Shown here: in pieces, positions 15,301 through 30,300 of the stretch
Layout: each line of letters starts with the position of its first letter
Numbering within the stretch: position 1 is the stretch's first letter
DNA from: Veleropilina oligotropha
Taxonomy: Eukaryota
Reading direction: 5' to 3'
DNA: 64,000 nt
NCBI GenBank assembly: GCA_048128005.1
Contig: JBEUKZ010000054.1
Location: forward strand, 930,001-994,000
The notes under the pieces: model-generated
The model's database searches: none
Told to the model about the DNA's origin: nothing
The model's input: only the letters and a program-made list of their open reading frames with translations
Translations under genes and position numbers: made by a program

Positions 15301-18300
15301 TTCTAACACTGTCTTAGTAATTCATACATGTATACTAAAACCAATAAATATTTACATTTTCCATTGTCTTCCAGGTCAGTACTGTGCTGATAACGGGATG
15401 AGCGCTCCGACCGGCCCGTGTGCCGCTCGATACTACTGTCCGGCTGGTCAAAGCGTCAGCTCGCCTGCGGCATTTCTGTGCAGCCCGAGCTACTATTGCC
15501 CAGTAGGGAGCACCACCGAAGTCCCGTGCGATTCAGGAATGTACCAGGATGAATATGGACAGGTATGGACATAGCGATGATCCACTTGCCGGGACTAATC
15601 GGATGCTAGCCAATACATCGCATGTCTTGTTTGTAACTGTATCATAAACTTAGAGCTGACAATAGTAATACCCGATATTCTAACTGTTAAATTAAATATG
15701 CCAATGAAATGTTTAAGTCCATTATCTTCTGTTCTATGCATATTTTTGTGCAGCTGTTTAGACACGGAGCTCTATGGTCCTCTAGCTCTGCAATGCTTCA
15801 TATCTAAAAAGACCATCACTTTGATTGTTAAAGATAAAAAGATACCTTATGAGAATCCAATTGTAAGCACTTATTAGGATTCGACCGCATCGCACGGCTT
15901 TCTTCACGAAAAGAACTTTGTTAGTTGTTACTTTGCAATTGAATTTGTATAATGCAAATGCATCATATTGTATTCAATAGCATTCCCGATCTCTATTGGA
16001 CTTGAGTGAGGTTAAGCATATTATCTCAATGAATAATTATGTTATCTCAATATTTGATAAAATAATATAAGTTGTCGGCATTGCCCGAGGGGAATATGGG
16101 TCTATGTACCTGTTTGTGAGAATTTATTAACCGAGATGAAGTCGAGGCTAATAAATTCTCACAAACGGTACATAGACCCATATTTCATGAGGGCTATGCC
16201 GGCAATGAATTTATCTTACTTCAATAAAATAAAATCATGCCTTTTGAACAAGTTTCTATTCCAACTTCGTTTCTTCGTGAAAGAACCCATTTTAAATATT
16301 CTATTGTTGTTACTAAAAAAACGTGTTCCTAAAATTATGATTTCAGCTCTGCCGAAGATCTTGTGTAAAACTTCATGGTCAATAAAAAAATATTCCTTCC
16401 GTTATAACTGAAATTAAGAATACTCCGTACAGTACGGTAGAGAAATGACGTCTCTGCGCAGGAGAATAATAGTATTGAAGTAAACACCAAAATTAACTAA
16501 ATAAAGATAATGGAATATTTTATTTTACATGAAAATGTCAAAAGTGTAAACCGTTACGACTATAAAATGAAGTTGATGCATAATTTTCGAAACGATTCCA
16601 TGACTTAACATTTGTATTGATGTTTTGGCAGACGACATGTTCACAATTATCTCCCTTGTCTTCGAGGGCGCTCCAAATCACAATAGTACACACAACTACG
16701 TAAGGTATAAATAATTCATATACCCCGCCTGGGTGGGGAATACGGTAATTGTCGAAGGCACGTTAACCAATCAGATTGCAGTATTAAGAGCTAAAGTAAG
16801 ATAATACGATATGCTTACTATGATTTTGTGGGGATGAAAGCATTTAAAAGATGTTTAACATTTTATATCACAGGAGACATGTAAGGACTGTCCTGAGGCA
16901 TACTTCTGTGACAGCACTCTCCAAGTCGGGGTTCAAACCCCAGGTCTCTGCCCGTCGGGATCCTACTGTCCTAATGGAACTAGGTTTGCCACTGAGTTCA
17001 CCTGCATTCCTGGCACCTATGCCCCCGCAGGTGGATTGAGAGACCCGTCAGAGTGTACACCATGCACCCCGGGCTCGTATTGTCAAAACGCCGGTTTATC
17101 GTCGCCAACGGCACAGTGTCAGGGAGGATACTTTTGCATCTCGGGAGCGGACACAATGACTCCTACGAATGGGGTGACAGGAAATATCTGCAGTCGCGGA
17201 GCATACTGTCCGCCCGGATCAAGCACCACACTTCCATGTCCTCCAGGGAGCTACAATCCAGTGGAAGGTAGGAGTTTCTTGTAGACACTTGAACGTCACT
17301 TGCTGGCTGGTGTTTTATGGATAGGACTTGTACTTAACATACAAATGCAACCAAACCTAATACCCTCTTGTGAAAGTAAATATGACATTTGTAGCATTCC
17401 CTTTGAGGCATGCAGGTCTGCAAGAACCATACACGAGCATGAAGTAAATGTTCGCTAGGGGTGTGCTCGAGATGCCTGTCCAGAACATGTTCTGTCTGTC
17501 CTGTATTTGGAATGGCTCGGCACAGGAACAGTTGTTCAGATGGTTCGGCACAGGAACAGTTGTTCAGATGGTTTGGCACAGGAACAGTTGTTCAGACATG
17601 CGCACAAGTGGACAATGTCCGAATTACGGTATTGATGCGCATATACGCACATACGCCTATAAGCCAATTATTGCATATTGACGTGCATATACACACATAC
17701 GCCTATAAGCCAATTACCATATTGACGCGCATATAGGCACATACACCTATAAGCGAATTACCATATTGACGCGCATATGGGCGCATACGCCTATAAGCCA
17801 ATTACCATATTGACGCGCATATAGGCGCATACGCCTATAAGCGAATTATTGCATATTTCCTGATCATTGAACAAAATATTTGGCTCACATAGAGGTGCAT
17901 TCGCCTATATTCGAATAAAAGACGTATATTCTTAATAGTTATTATGCTTAAAGGATTTGTGAACACATAATATATTCTGGCTGATAATAATGCTATCGTA
18001 TATTTATTTATTCTCTTATTAGTAGCGCCATGATTTAGATTATCAAAACATGGATACAAAAGATCCTTAGCAAGTCACCCCGAACTTTCCCGAACATTTA
18101 TTAGGTGACGACACACTAGTCCTAATGCTATTGTTCCTGTTGAGTAACCAATTTGCGGACCATGATGTTGCTATCAAATTGAAAAGATTCCGAGTGGCGT
18201 GTCCATTGTGATGTCAAATTCGACCCCTGACCTGAAAATATGACTATACTTGAGGTGATTGATTATTTTGCCAGGTCAGCTTACAACAAACACGGACACT

Positions 18301-21300
18301 CGTGAAAGACTAACACAACAAATAATATGATAGGAATAATATGCCGTATAGTGAAATTTCGCCTATATTATGAGTTTTGGTTCACAAATCCCTGAAATGT
18401 ATACTATATTGAGAGGTTAATAATGATCATTTAACATGAAATAAAAAAAGAATGGAAAATCACAGTAACGTTTGCATGGTGAATAATGGTTTTCGTCTGG
18501 AAAATTATCGGCTCACTTATAGGCGCTCCCCAATATTCATATCTATCACCGTTTTAATATAACTAGAACTAGATATTTAATATTTATTATGGGTAAATGC
18601 TTATTGAGAGGTAAGTTAATTCCCATTTAACACTATATAACACTAATTAACGTTGTAGTTAATTTTGATGTATGGTGCGTTTATATGTGAATAATGGTTT
18701 TCATCAGGAAAATTATAAACTGTCTCACATATATATAGGCGCATGCACCTATATTCGGATATAAGCGCATACTGACTTATAGGTGCATGCGCCTATATGC
18801 GCATCACTACGGTAATGTAAAATATACTCAAAACAATGTTAAGCTTTATAACATGTAAAAATAGACCCAATTGATGCCTTCATATAATTAGAACCCGCCA
18901 ATTTAAAAAAAAAGTTGACTCAGAAAGTTCGCGTCTAATATGAATCTAAAATGTCAAATAAGTATTGTAAAAGTCCTATTTCATTTGTTTTAGGTTTGGT
19001 GGCTGATACACAATGCACGGCCTGTGACCCTGGAGATTACTGCAGCCAATTTGGCCTCATCGCGACCGAAGGCTCGTGCGATGCCCAATACTTCTGCATC
19101 AGTGGAGCCACCACCGCGACCCCCACTGATGGGGTCACCGGGGACGTTTGCCCGGTCGGCCATTACTGCCCAATCGCTACCGCTGTGCCGATTCTATGCG
19201 AACCTGGATTGTACACCGATACAACGCTTAATGCCGCTTGTCTGCCATGCACCCCTGGACACTTCTGTATCACCGGATCCAATCCGGAAATGTGTCCAAT
19301 CGGCTATTACTGTCCTGAGGGTACTGGTCACTTGTGGGAACGATGTCCACCAGGCACGTACGGTGGCAGCACTGGACTGTCCAACATCACGGAGTGCGCT
19401 GAATGCACGGGTGGTTTCTTTTGCGGAGATTTCAACACGTCTGCTGTTTCGGGTGGATGTGCAGCAGGATATTACTGCAGGTTTGGTTCCGATTCCATGT
19501 ATCCGACTGTGTTCACTGCTGGAGATGCCGACATTTGTCCCACCGGTCACTTCTGCCCAGCTCAAACTCAAGACCCTGCAGCTTGCCCTGCTGGAACTTT
19601 TAACAATGTTACAGGTTTGGTTTCGACTTCAGACTGTCAGCTCTGTCTTCCGGGCTACTCCTGCGATACCCCTGGCTTAGTTTATCCGACAGGACTGTGT
19701 CAGGCTGGGTATTACTGCATCAGTGGATCGGACACGTCTCAACCCCCGACTGTTACTGCTATCGGTGGACCGTGTCCGGCCGGGTCATATTGCATCCAAG
19801 GCTCGAGCCAACCCATGCCCTGTCCTGCCGGAATGTTCGCAATTGCTGACCAGCAAACTGTCTGCGATGACTGCCCGGCTGGGTATTACTGCGAGAGTGG
19901 AAGCGCCAACAGAGTTATCTGCCCAACAGGTATATGTGTAATATGGTATTTTTTTTCCGTAGCTTATTATTGGTAGCGCATAATGAATGTTCCACCTTAT
20001 AATTCAATAGTCCCTTTTGGGCGTCTGAAAATCATAAAAGAAGGTTATATGTTAGACAGAAAGTGGATTCATTTTATCCTGCAAAAATTTCATTTTAAAA
20101 TAACTTATCAATACTTGCACAAATATCGATCAAATAGACCAGCTTTTCTCTCACGGTAATATGAACATGTCACGGTAATATGAACATGTCACGGTAATAT
20201 GAACATGTCACGGTAATATGAACATGTCCTGGTAATTGGAATGAACCTGAAGAGTGTCAAAAACGGAGCATCAGTCCAAGAATAGATTATAGTCTCAATA
20301 TAATAAATTTTTTAGTTCAGGTTTACACGGTAATTTTTGTATTCCGGAACATCTGATATGTTTGCTGACAGGGGATTTGCTTCTTGTTTTAGGTCATTAC
20401 TGCCCACAGAATACAGAGTTCGCTCTTCAATATCCATGCAATAACGGCACCTACAACAATGTAACAGGCAGCCAGAGTGACGCTGCGTGCCAGCTGTGTC
20501 CACCCGGCTCATACTGTCCCCGACCGGGTCTCGAGGAACCGGCCGGTCTCTGCTCCGGCGGTTGGTATTGTACGATCGGTTCGTGGAGCAACCAGCCAGC
20601 TGTTCTCGGAAGCGATTCTGGATCATCATGCGACTGTCCAGCTCAAAGCATCGGAGGCAAATGTGTAGCTGGGGAGTTCTGTCCACCCGGTGGTTCATCT
20701 GCCGTACCGTGCACCCCGGGTTACTACTGTGCCACCGATGGCTTATCAGTGGTTACCGGTGGGTGCCAAGCGGGATCTTACTGTACTGGCAATGCCACCA
20801 TGGCTGCTCCTGTAGCTGAACCGTTCGGCGACGTTTGTCCCAAAGGTCATTATTGCCCATTTGCCAGTCCTGCTCCAATGGCCTGCGTAGAAGGCACGTT
20901 CAACGATTTCTTCGGCAGCCAAGATAGCACCAGTTGTCTCCCCTGCACTGCAGGCATGTTCTGCTCTGGCGTAGGACGTGCTTTGCCTAATGGTCAATGC
21001 GATGTGGGCTGGTTTTGCCCAGAAGGAATGATTGTACCACAACCAGCCGGAAACCAATGTTTGGCAGGACACCAATGCCCAGTCGGCAGTGGCGTGCAGA
21101 CAGCGTGCGAGTCCGGTTACTATCAGCCGTTAGTGGAAAGCGGATCGTGCTTGGAGTGTCCTGCAGGAATGTATTGTGATCGAAATGAGGCCATTTCGGA
21201 GGAACAGAGCAGAGTCGGTGCTCCTTCACATGGTGTAGTGACTCCAAAAATATGCCCAGCTGGATTTTTCTGCCCCAATGGTACCAAAACGCAGCGAGAA

Positions 21301-24300
21301 TATCCGTGTCCCATCGGCACCTACAGCAACACAACCAGTCTAGAGAGTTTAGCGGAGTGTAGGGACTGCCCGCAGGGATATTTCTGCGAAGCCGAAAACA
21401 TTACTGAACCAACTGGAAAATGCACTGCGGGATATTTCTGCGTCCTGCGGTCGGATACCCCGATGCCTGTAACATCGGTTATAGGAGGACCGTGTGCTCA
21501 AGGAACCTACTGCGTGGAAGGGTCATCTAATCCCGTTCCGTGTCCGAAGGGGACCTATGGTGATCGTGACCGTCTGCCGTCTTTCGGAGACTGCACCATT
21601 TGTCCCACTGGCGAGTTCTGCGATATTTCGAGCGGGACAGCCCCTGGAGGGTCTTGCCTGGCAGGATTCTACTGCAGCGGTGGCTCTCAGAAGGCCAACC
21701 CCATTTCTGAGTCCTATGGTGCCGAATGCCCAACGGGAAGCTACTGCCCAATACACAGTAGTGCACCAACCCTCTGCCCCGTCGGGACGTATCAACCGTC
21801 GACGCAAATGATCGATTCTTCTGCGTGCATATCATGTGATGCTGGGAAGTTTTGCGACTCGCCCGGTCTAGCTGCCATGTCCGGTGATTGTCTGGTCGGA
21901 TACTACTGCCTCGGGGGCGCCCAGACCTCGGCCCCTATCAACGACTCCACCGGCGACATCTGCCCAGCCGGCTCGTACTGTCCCTTGGGATCGCCGCAGC
22001 ATATTTTCTGCCCCAATGGAACGTACGTCGACCACACCGGTGCATCTTCATGCCTTGATTGTCCAGAGGGCTATTACTGTGTGAATCGCGACCGAGCTGA
22101 CCCTTGCTTGGCCGGTTACTACTGTCCAGCAAACACTGGGGCCAACCTACAGCCATGTCCAGCCGGGACGTACGCCCCTAACACCGGGCTGGGTCGCGCG
22201 GATCAGTGCACTCCGTGTGATGGAGGGAAGTACTGCCAGTATTCAGGCCTGGCCGCTGTCACAGGACCGTGCGATCCAGGGTACTACTGCAAATCAGGTA
22301 AGACCATCATGCAATCCGGGGTACTACTGCAAATCAGGTAAGACCATCATGCAATCCGGGGTGCTACTGCAAAGCAGGTAAGACCATCATGCAATCCGGG
22401 TACTACTGCAAATCAGGTAAGACCATCATGCAATCCGGGTGCTACTGCAAATCAGGTAAGGCAATCATGCAATCCGGGGTGCTACTGCAAAGCAGGTAAG
22501 GCAATCATGCAATCCGGGTACTACTGCAAATCAGGTCAGGTTTATTCACGTTCAGTGATAAATCACAATTATTATTCTTTGCAATAAATATTCTCCACAA
22601 AAATATAAATGAAAAGATTGTCATTTATAGTTGTATTTATAAATAATGACCAAATTTATGGCATTGTTACAAACATGAGGATGAATATGTGCTATTGTCT
22701 TTTATCATCACGTGTTTATCTTTATTTGTAGCTGATGACATAAATGTATGATTTGGATAGTTATTACAGTACGGGCCTCATATCATTTAGTCATTATAAA
22801 TAGTAATAATGCGTTCATTTCATTCTTGTGAAACACGCCAAATGTATGGTCTATGTGCTTGTGGTGTTGTATATCAGTTTCCATATTTTGCGCGAGATAT
22901 TGGTATTTTAAAGTCTTTATTTCATGATCACAATAATTTGCTGGTATATGCATCCATGCATGTCGTTGAATTTTAAATTGTCATTATTTTATGGGATGCG
23001 TAACTTCGATCATGATTATGTTATCCAGGAGTGGATATAAAGACGCCAACCGGAACCAACACCGGAGTCGGTGGGATCTGCCAGATCGGATTCTCCTGCC
23101 CGCTATCCACAACCGACGCTATACCGTGTTCAGCAGGATCATACAGGTAACGCGGTCATGTAGACCGATGCTATACCGTGTTCAGCAGGATCGTACAGGT
23201 AACGCGGTCATGTAGACCGCCGCTATACCGTGTTCAGCAGGATCGTACAGGTAACATGGTCATGTAGACAGCCGCTATACCGTGTTCAGCAGGATCGTAC
23301 AGGTAACACGGTCATGTAGACCGACGCTATACCGTGTTCAGCAGGATCGTACAGGTAACACGGTCATGCAGACCGGCGCTATACCATGTTCAGCAGGATA
23401 GTACAGGTAACACGGTCATGTAGACCGGCGCTATACCGTGTTCAGCAGGATCATATAGGTAACACGGTCATGTAGACCGACGCTATACCGTGTTCAGCAG
23501 GATCGTACAGGTAACACGGTCATGTAGACTGACGCTATACCGTGTTCAGCAGGATTGTACAGGTAACACGGTCATGCAGACCGGTGCTATACCATGTTCA
23601 GCAGGATAGTACAGGTAACACGGTCATGTAGACCGGCGCTATACCGTGTTCAGCAGGATCGTACAGGTAACACGGTCATGTAGACTGACACTATACCATG
23701 TTCAGCAGGATCGTACAGGTAACGCGGTCATGGAGACGTAATGATTACAAACTCTATATTCTATATCCGCTACAATATCTTCTCCTTCTCCACTTTTCTT
23801 GTCTGAACTAGATCTCAGGTCCTATACATGTCAGCATGATTGAAATCCAACATTTCTGTCTTCGGAGTAGGCTAAGCATAGCTCATGCTTGTGAATTAAG
23901 TTCTAATTTATAAAGCAACATTATATTAATTTAGATGGCAAATCACCTATAAATGACGTAATTAATTAATCACATTATCCCGTCCATCATAAAAGTTAGC
24001 GTGACTTCTATAGTGATGTTAATTATAAGCCAATTCACCTCTAGCTTTGGCCGCCCCATTTGTCTCGAGTGTCGAATGCTCGATTGTGCTAGCTAACAGG
24101 AACGGGTTCGAACCTCTGTTTGGGCATGACATTCTTTGTTCAGTTATCGTCACATTTGTCCGTAACTGGCCGGAGAAGGCGGGTTTAGCCGGGCTTTCCG
24201 TTCGCGATAATATGACCTGCCTTGAACCTGAAGGTTGTAAATATTCAGGACTTTTAAGTATCGATCCAATCCTCTAGATCTGGTGTGATATTCTTGCCTC

Positions 24301-27300
24301 TCATTCAATGCATTCTCTCGTGTGTAACATGTACTTGACCTCTGACCTCTCCATTTTAGTGACAGTCCCGGTCAGGCCAGCTGCACTCCGTGTCCAGTCG
24401 GATCGTATTGTCCAGAGAACTCCACATCATTTTCCCAGCAGAGGTGCCCATCCGGATACTACTGTCCGCTCGGGACAACAGACTCTGTGGAGTTCCCGTG
24501 CCCAAAAGGATCGTACAATCCAGTACCTGGAAGCGGCAGTTTGGCCGACTGCCTGAGCTGCCCACCCGGACAGTATTGCGAGAGTAAGTCTTCATTCGCT
24601 AAGTATTTCCACTATGACATGACGTCTGATCCGCAAGTCTACTTTCAATTTGATCTATTGTCTGCTTACTATGCTGATTTAGTATGTAATATTGAAGCTG
24701 TGCTTTATGTAAAAAACTGCTATTTGTGTAACATTTTCAATTCATTTAAATTTGACGTTTTTATCATCTTTTATTAGTTAATCCAGGGTTTTTTTATTCC
24801 AAATTTGATTTCTAAGTCGTCATTTCTATTATGTTGGAGAATGTGATCATTGAATTTTGAGTCTAACATTCATTCATAAATACCTTATAATCATAATTTG
24901 AATTTGTATGATATATGATTATGAAATTTTGAAAATAGTTTTAATCAATTATATTTATAGTCGATGGGATGTCAGCGCCCTCTGGTGACTGCACTGCTGG
25001 ATGGTACTGCACCGGAGGATCCGACCAGGCCCAGCCCGCCATGTACGACAATGCCACCGTTCTCGTGGACTGCACTTGTCCGTTGGCGAACTACACCGGC
25101 GGTAAATGCTGGCCGGGATCATACTGCCCAACTGCCATATCATTCCCCATCTCCTGCGCCGGCGGTTGGTATTGCAGCCTATATGGATTAACTACCTCTG
25201 AGGGACTGTGCGACGCTGGATACTTCTGCGATGGAGGTGCGGTACAGCCCGACCCCCCGGCTGGCGTCTGTCCCGTGGGACATTATTGTGAGCAGGGATC
25301 TGCGACTCCTACTGCCTGCCCAACGGGCACTATGTCCAACTCTCCTGGAAATACTAACGTCAACGACTGCAACACGTGCACCCCAGGGTTCTACTGCAGC
25401 GGTACAGCCAACACTGGCACCGTCGGACCATGTGATCCAGGATTCTACTGCCCAGCCGGCCAACAAACCGCAACGCCGACAGACTTCAACTGCACGATCG
25501 GTCATTACTGCCCAGGCGGGACGGATCAGCCGCTGCCTTGCGTCGCCGGCATGCATCAGGACATCATAGGGCAGAGCGCATGCAAAGATTGCCCCGTTGG
25601 ACGGTATGTATACATAATTATATTAACCATTATGATCATGATTTTTGTAATTTGAAATTTACTGTTTTCATTAGCATGCAACAAAAGATCTTATGAAAAT
25701 TGTAAAATATGTATTAAGTATATATGAAGATAGTCCCCGTATTGTTGTTTGTGAACTCTCGTGATAATTCTATATGGTGGTCATGAATTGAATTGTGTTT
25801 CGTAGTCAGAATCTCAGTTTAACATCTGTATTCGACTGAATCGTTATAATGGTAACATCGCTTTATTGAAGAGTTACTTTAATTTTTATTCTTTAGAATA
25901 AGCAATGATCTTTGTTGTTATGTATTGCACATGCCACCTTAATATTAGCTCTTTTTAGGAAGTTATAATATGTCTTCGTGATTGTTTTTGTCCAAGGCCA
26001 AACAGTGGCTTATTTTACAGCTTAATATAATAGAAGGCATATGCCCATGTCGGTCAGATCGAAGTGAGACCTTAAGCCGGTGTCATATAGAATTATGGGG
26101 ACAAGGCTGAAAAAGGTGTCGCAATGTGGTCGAAAAACAACTTTGTCAACCAGTACAATATGTTTAAATTTAATCATTCATAATATAATATAATATAATA
26201 CTGTATTGCTTGATCTTCTTGTAGATACTGCGACCCGGTAGAAGCAGCCGCCTCGTTCGGCGTACCCAGTCATGGCGTGGTGACGCCCACAGACTGTCCC
26301 GCCGGCTACTACTGTCTTCTGAACACCATAAGTCAGCTAGCTCATCCATGCCCCCTAGGGACCTACAGCAGCTCTCGACTCCTGGAGCGCCAAGACCAGT
26401 GTACGCCGTGCACGTCAGGGTCCTACTGCGCTGCTCAAGGTAAACACTCCAGCGATGCTAAGAATCATGTGATTAAAATCTGATTAGAGCGTAGCTCAAG
26501 CAACTCATGCTGACTGAATTGATTCGACACTTTTGGTTCGACACACATAATGCATTCCCGGGTCTTGTAATGCATTCCCGGGTCTTTTATTCAATTTCCA
26601 GGTCTTCTGTCTACAGTATTCTGAACGATGAAAATATTTTAAAGTCTGTTGTGAATACTTGTTTAAAATGCATAAAGAATTCTTAATATTAATTACAGTC
26701 TCTTCTGAGTTGTCAGTTACTTGACAAACATTTACTATTTCACCATTTTGCTGGTTGACCGCCACTGCCTCATAGTGCGATGTTGGGTCCCATTACTAAC
26801 GTTCAGTATTTCACCATTTTGCAGGCTTGACTGCCACTGCCTCATAGTGCGATGTTGAGTCCCATTACTAACGTTCAGTATTTCACCATTTTGCAGGCTT
26901 GACTGCCCCTGCCTCATAGTGCGATGTTGGGTCCCATTACTAACGTTCAGTATTGTACCATTTTGCAGGCTTGACTGCCCCTACCTCATAGTGCGATGTT
27001 GAGTCCTTTTATTAACGTTGAGTATTTCCCTATTTTTGCAGGCTTGACGGCCCCTACTGCGCAGTGCGATGTTGGGTCCCTTTATTAACATTCAGTATTT
27101 CCCTATTTTTTCAGGCTTGACGGCCCCTACCCCTTGGGTCTCATTACTAACGATTAGTATTTCACCATTTTGCAGGCTTGACTGCCCCTACCGCTCCATG
27201 TGATGCCGGGTATGTTTGCATTCTGAGCGCGGACAATGCGCAGCCGACGGATGGTGTGACCGGCTACATCTGTCCTCCGGGCAACTACTGCCCGCTTGGC

Positions 27301-30300
27301 TCTGGTCAGGAAACCAAGTGTCCAGCTGGGTCATTCAGCCCAGACCAAGGCCTCCACCTTGTCTCTGAGTGTCAGCTCTGCACCCCCGGCAAATATTGCG
27401 ATGTCGATGGTAAGATGTTTTCATTTAAAATTATGAATAAACGTCATATATAGCACAAGTTACAATAACACAGGAACCAGTGAGATACATGTGTATGTAA
27501 GATTAAAGTTAATATAAAATATATATGCTGATGTATTTGAAATGAGTATCCTATTTGAATTTGGGAAATTAAATATCTGAATGTTGCATCAGTGAATAAA
27601 AATCATCACCGAAGTTTACTCCACTAATGGATTATTTCGTTCTCCTACATGTGCATCAAACAGTACATGTAATGGATGATTTATTTCCAGGATTGACGGC
27701 GCCGACGGGCAACTGTACTGAGGGCCACTTCTGCACCCTTGGGGCCATTGTCCAGAATCCGAGTGGTCAGCTATATGGAGACGTCTGTCCAGCAGGCTCC
27801 TATTGTCCCGAGGGCACTGAAACCCCCATCCCGTGTCCAGTGGGAACGTATCTCCCCGACACCACCAGAATATCCATCTTTGATTGTTTGCCGTGCACTG
27901 GAGGAAAATACTGCGACACACCGGGACAAATCACATTTACAGGTAGGTCAATTATATCTTCTACTGCATCAAGTAGAATTACCGGTATGGAAATTATTGT
28001 TAAATGTTTGAATATATATCAAATGGTATTTCAGTGTCATTGTATGAGTAATACTGATTTCTTGTTTATGTCCAGAGCAGTCAAGCGGATTTAGAGCCCG
28101 CTCAACAGGTGGTGTGGTATTTTTAGCAGTTTGCACTAATCAAATTTGTAGTGTTGCAAACAAAGGTCACTTTTCATAATTTTCACATTAAGCATAATTT
28201 TGATTATAGTCAATATTAACTCAATGCTAAGTTTTATCTTTTATAATAGCTGCCAGTATAAATAAATTTCAGTTATGGTATGCATATTATAATATTAAAA
28301 CTTTTTTATTGCCTTTTATATTGGTCAATACATGATATAATTATGTCGTATATTGATATAAGGCTATAATTGTTTATTATGAAGTGTCACATGATGCCAA
28401 GTCAACCAATTAAATGCACTGATTTATCGATCATGTTACCAGCATTGTTTCATTTAAATCAGGTGATTGTGATGCTGGGTTTTACTGCGACTCTGCAGCC
28501 ATCACAAGTTCGCCACTGGATGGCATTACCGGTGACCAGTGTCCATCTGGTACCTCCTGCCCCGTCGGTTCTCCCGTGCCGACACCGTGCGCTGATGGTA
28601 AGAATCATAAAATATTGTCGAATATTGTTATAAACTTGAAATCTTTTTAAGAAAGAAGTCTGCCTCACAATACGACGTACCAATATTGAAGTAAAATGTC
28701 ATATTTACAAATGTATACAGTCATATTAATATTTTATATTGCATTTGAATCATTAATTTTCTTCTTCAATTTCCTCATCAGTTCCAAGCACTCATGATAA
28801 TAATTAAACCTTGAATCACTGTTTTCAAGCAGTTCAACTCAACATCTTTCACAGTTCAACTCAACATCTTTCACAGTTCAACTCAACATCTTTCACAGTT
28901 CAACTCAACATCTTTCACAGTTCAACTCAACATCTTTCACAGTTCAACTCAACATCTTTCACAGTTCAACTCAACATCTTTCACAGTTCAACTCAACATC
29001 TTTCACAGTTCAACTCAACATCTTTCACAGTTCAACTCAACATCTTTCACAGTTCAACTCAACATCTTTCACAGTTCAACTCAACATCTTTCACAGTTCA
29101 ACTCGATACCTTTCACAGTTCAACTCGATACCTTTCACAGTTCAACTCAACATCTTTCACAGTTCAACTCGACTCCTTTCATGATAGTGTTCGTTAAACA
29201 CAGATTCAGTCTTTTCGTTTAAAAATTAGTTTTAATTTTAAAAATTCTTTGGAACAGATTTATATTTCTCCTTGAATTGGGACAAAGCTTATGGAGAATT
29301 TTATAGTGCGTCAGAATTATACTATATCATGCAATTACCTTTATTTGTTGGTCCTTAGGTTACTACATGAACCACACCCAGGCTGCTTTGTGCGACGTGT
29401 GTCCGGGGCGATATTACTGCATCAATCTCATCAATCCTGACCCATGTCCGAAAGGCCGCTACTGCCCCGGCAACACCGGATATAACATGATGCTGTGCCC
29501 TGCTGGAACATACGGACCATCGGAGATGCTCGTGGACACGTCGGAGTGCGTGCAGTGCGATGGAGGATCGTATTGCGAGAATCCGGGACAAATCGCCACG
29601 ACCGGATTATGTGATCCCGGATATTACTGCCTGAGCGGAGTCAATACCGCCACGCCAAACATATTACTTACTACTGGGATTGGAGGTACCCACAGTTACA
29701 ATCTAACCTGTATTAAGAAACCAATGTCAAGTGTTGCCTTACGACGGGTGATTATTTGGGCCTCGATACAACGCGCCACTGTAAAGCGCGGAATCGGTTA
29801 TAATGCGGGGCTAACCATGGCTCACAAATTATTTGTAGTCTTTAAGAATCGCGATAATTAGATTAGGCCATACTAGTATAGTGTACATGTTCAGAATTAG
29901 TTTAGGGGTCGACAATAGAAATGGTATCTAACATCGATGCAAATGTATATTAAATGAAATTTTAAAGATGTAAATGCAAATCTCGCAATCCAATTAACTA
30001 ATTCAAGTGCGGCCCGAAGTGATGTCCGCAAATTTATTAAAAGTAGTGCCGTGTTTTGTTTTGTTTTTCTTAGATTACATTTTTTGTATAAAATGAAAAA
30101 TTCGCTCTCAGTATGTGAATTTGTAAATGCCTGCTGAAATTTAATTCGTTATTTTAGTGTGTAAGAAGCTAGACAGGTGCTGTGTCATAGGTCACACGCC
30201 TGTAGTGCGTTGAATCCAAACTTTCACTATGCCCAAGTTCGGAACTGCGCAAATTCCTGTCCAGTCCTATTTGCCCAAAATGCAGCACATCTCCATTAGT

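Noticed and set aside
16019..16806. Possible non-autonomous element with TATTATCT/AGATAATA ends and an internal hairpin near 16105-16175
   Set aside because: An 8-bp inverted match in AT-rich DNA with no second copy in the window; cannot be supported
12175..25569. Many alternative-frame and antisense ORFs over the large exons
   Set aside because: Expected shadows of GC-richer coding exons; no independent motifs
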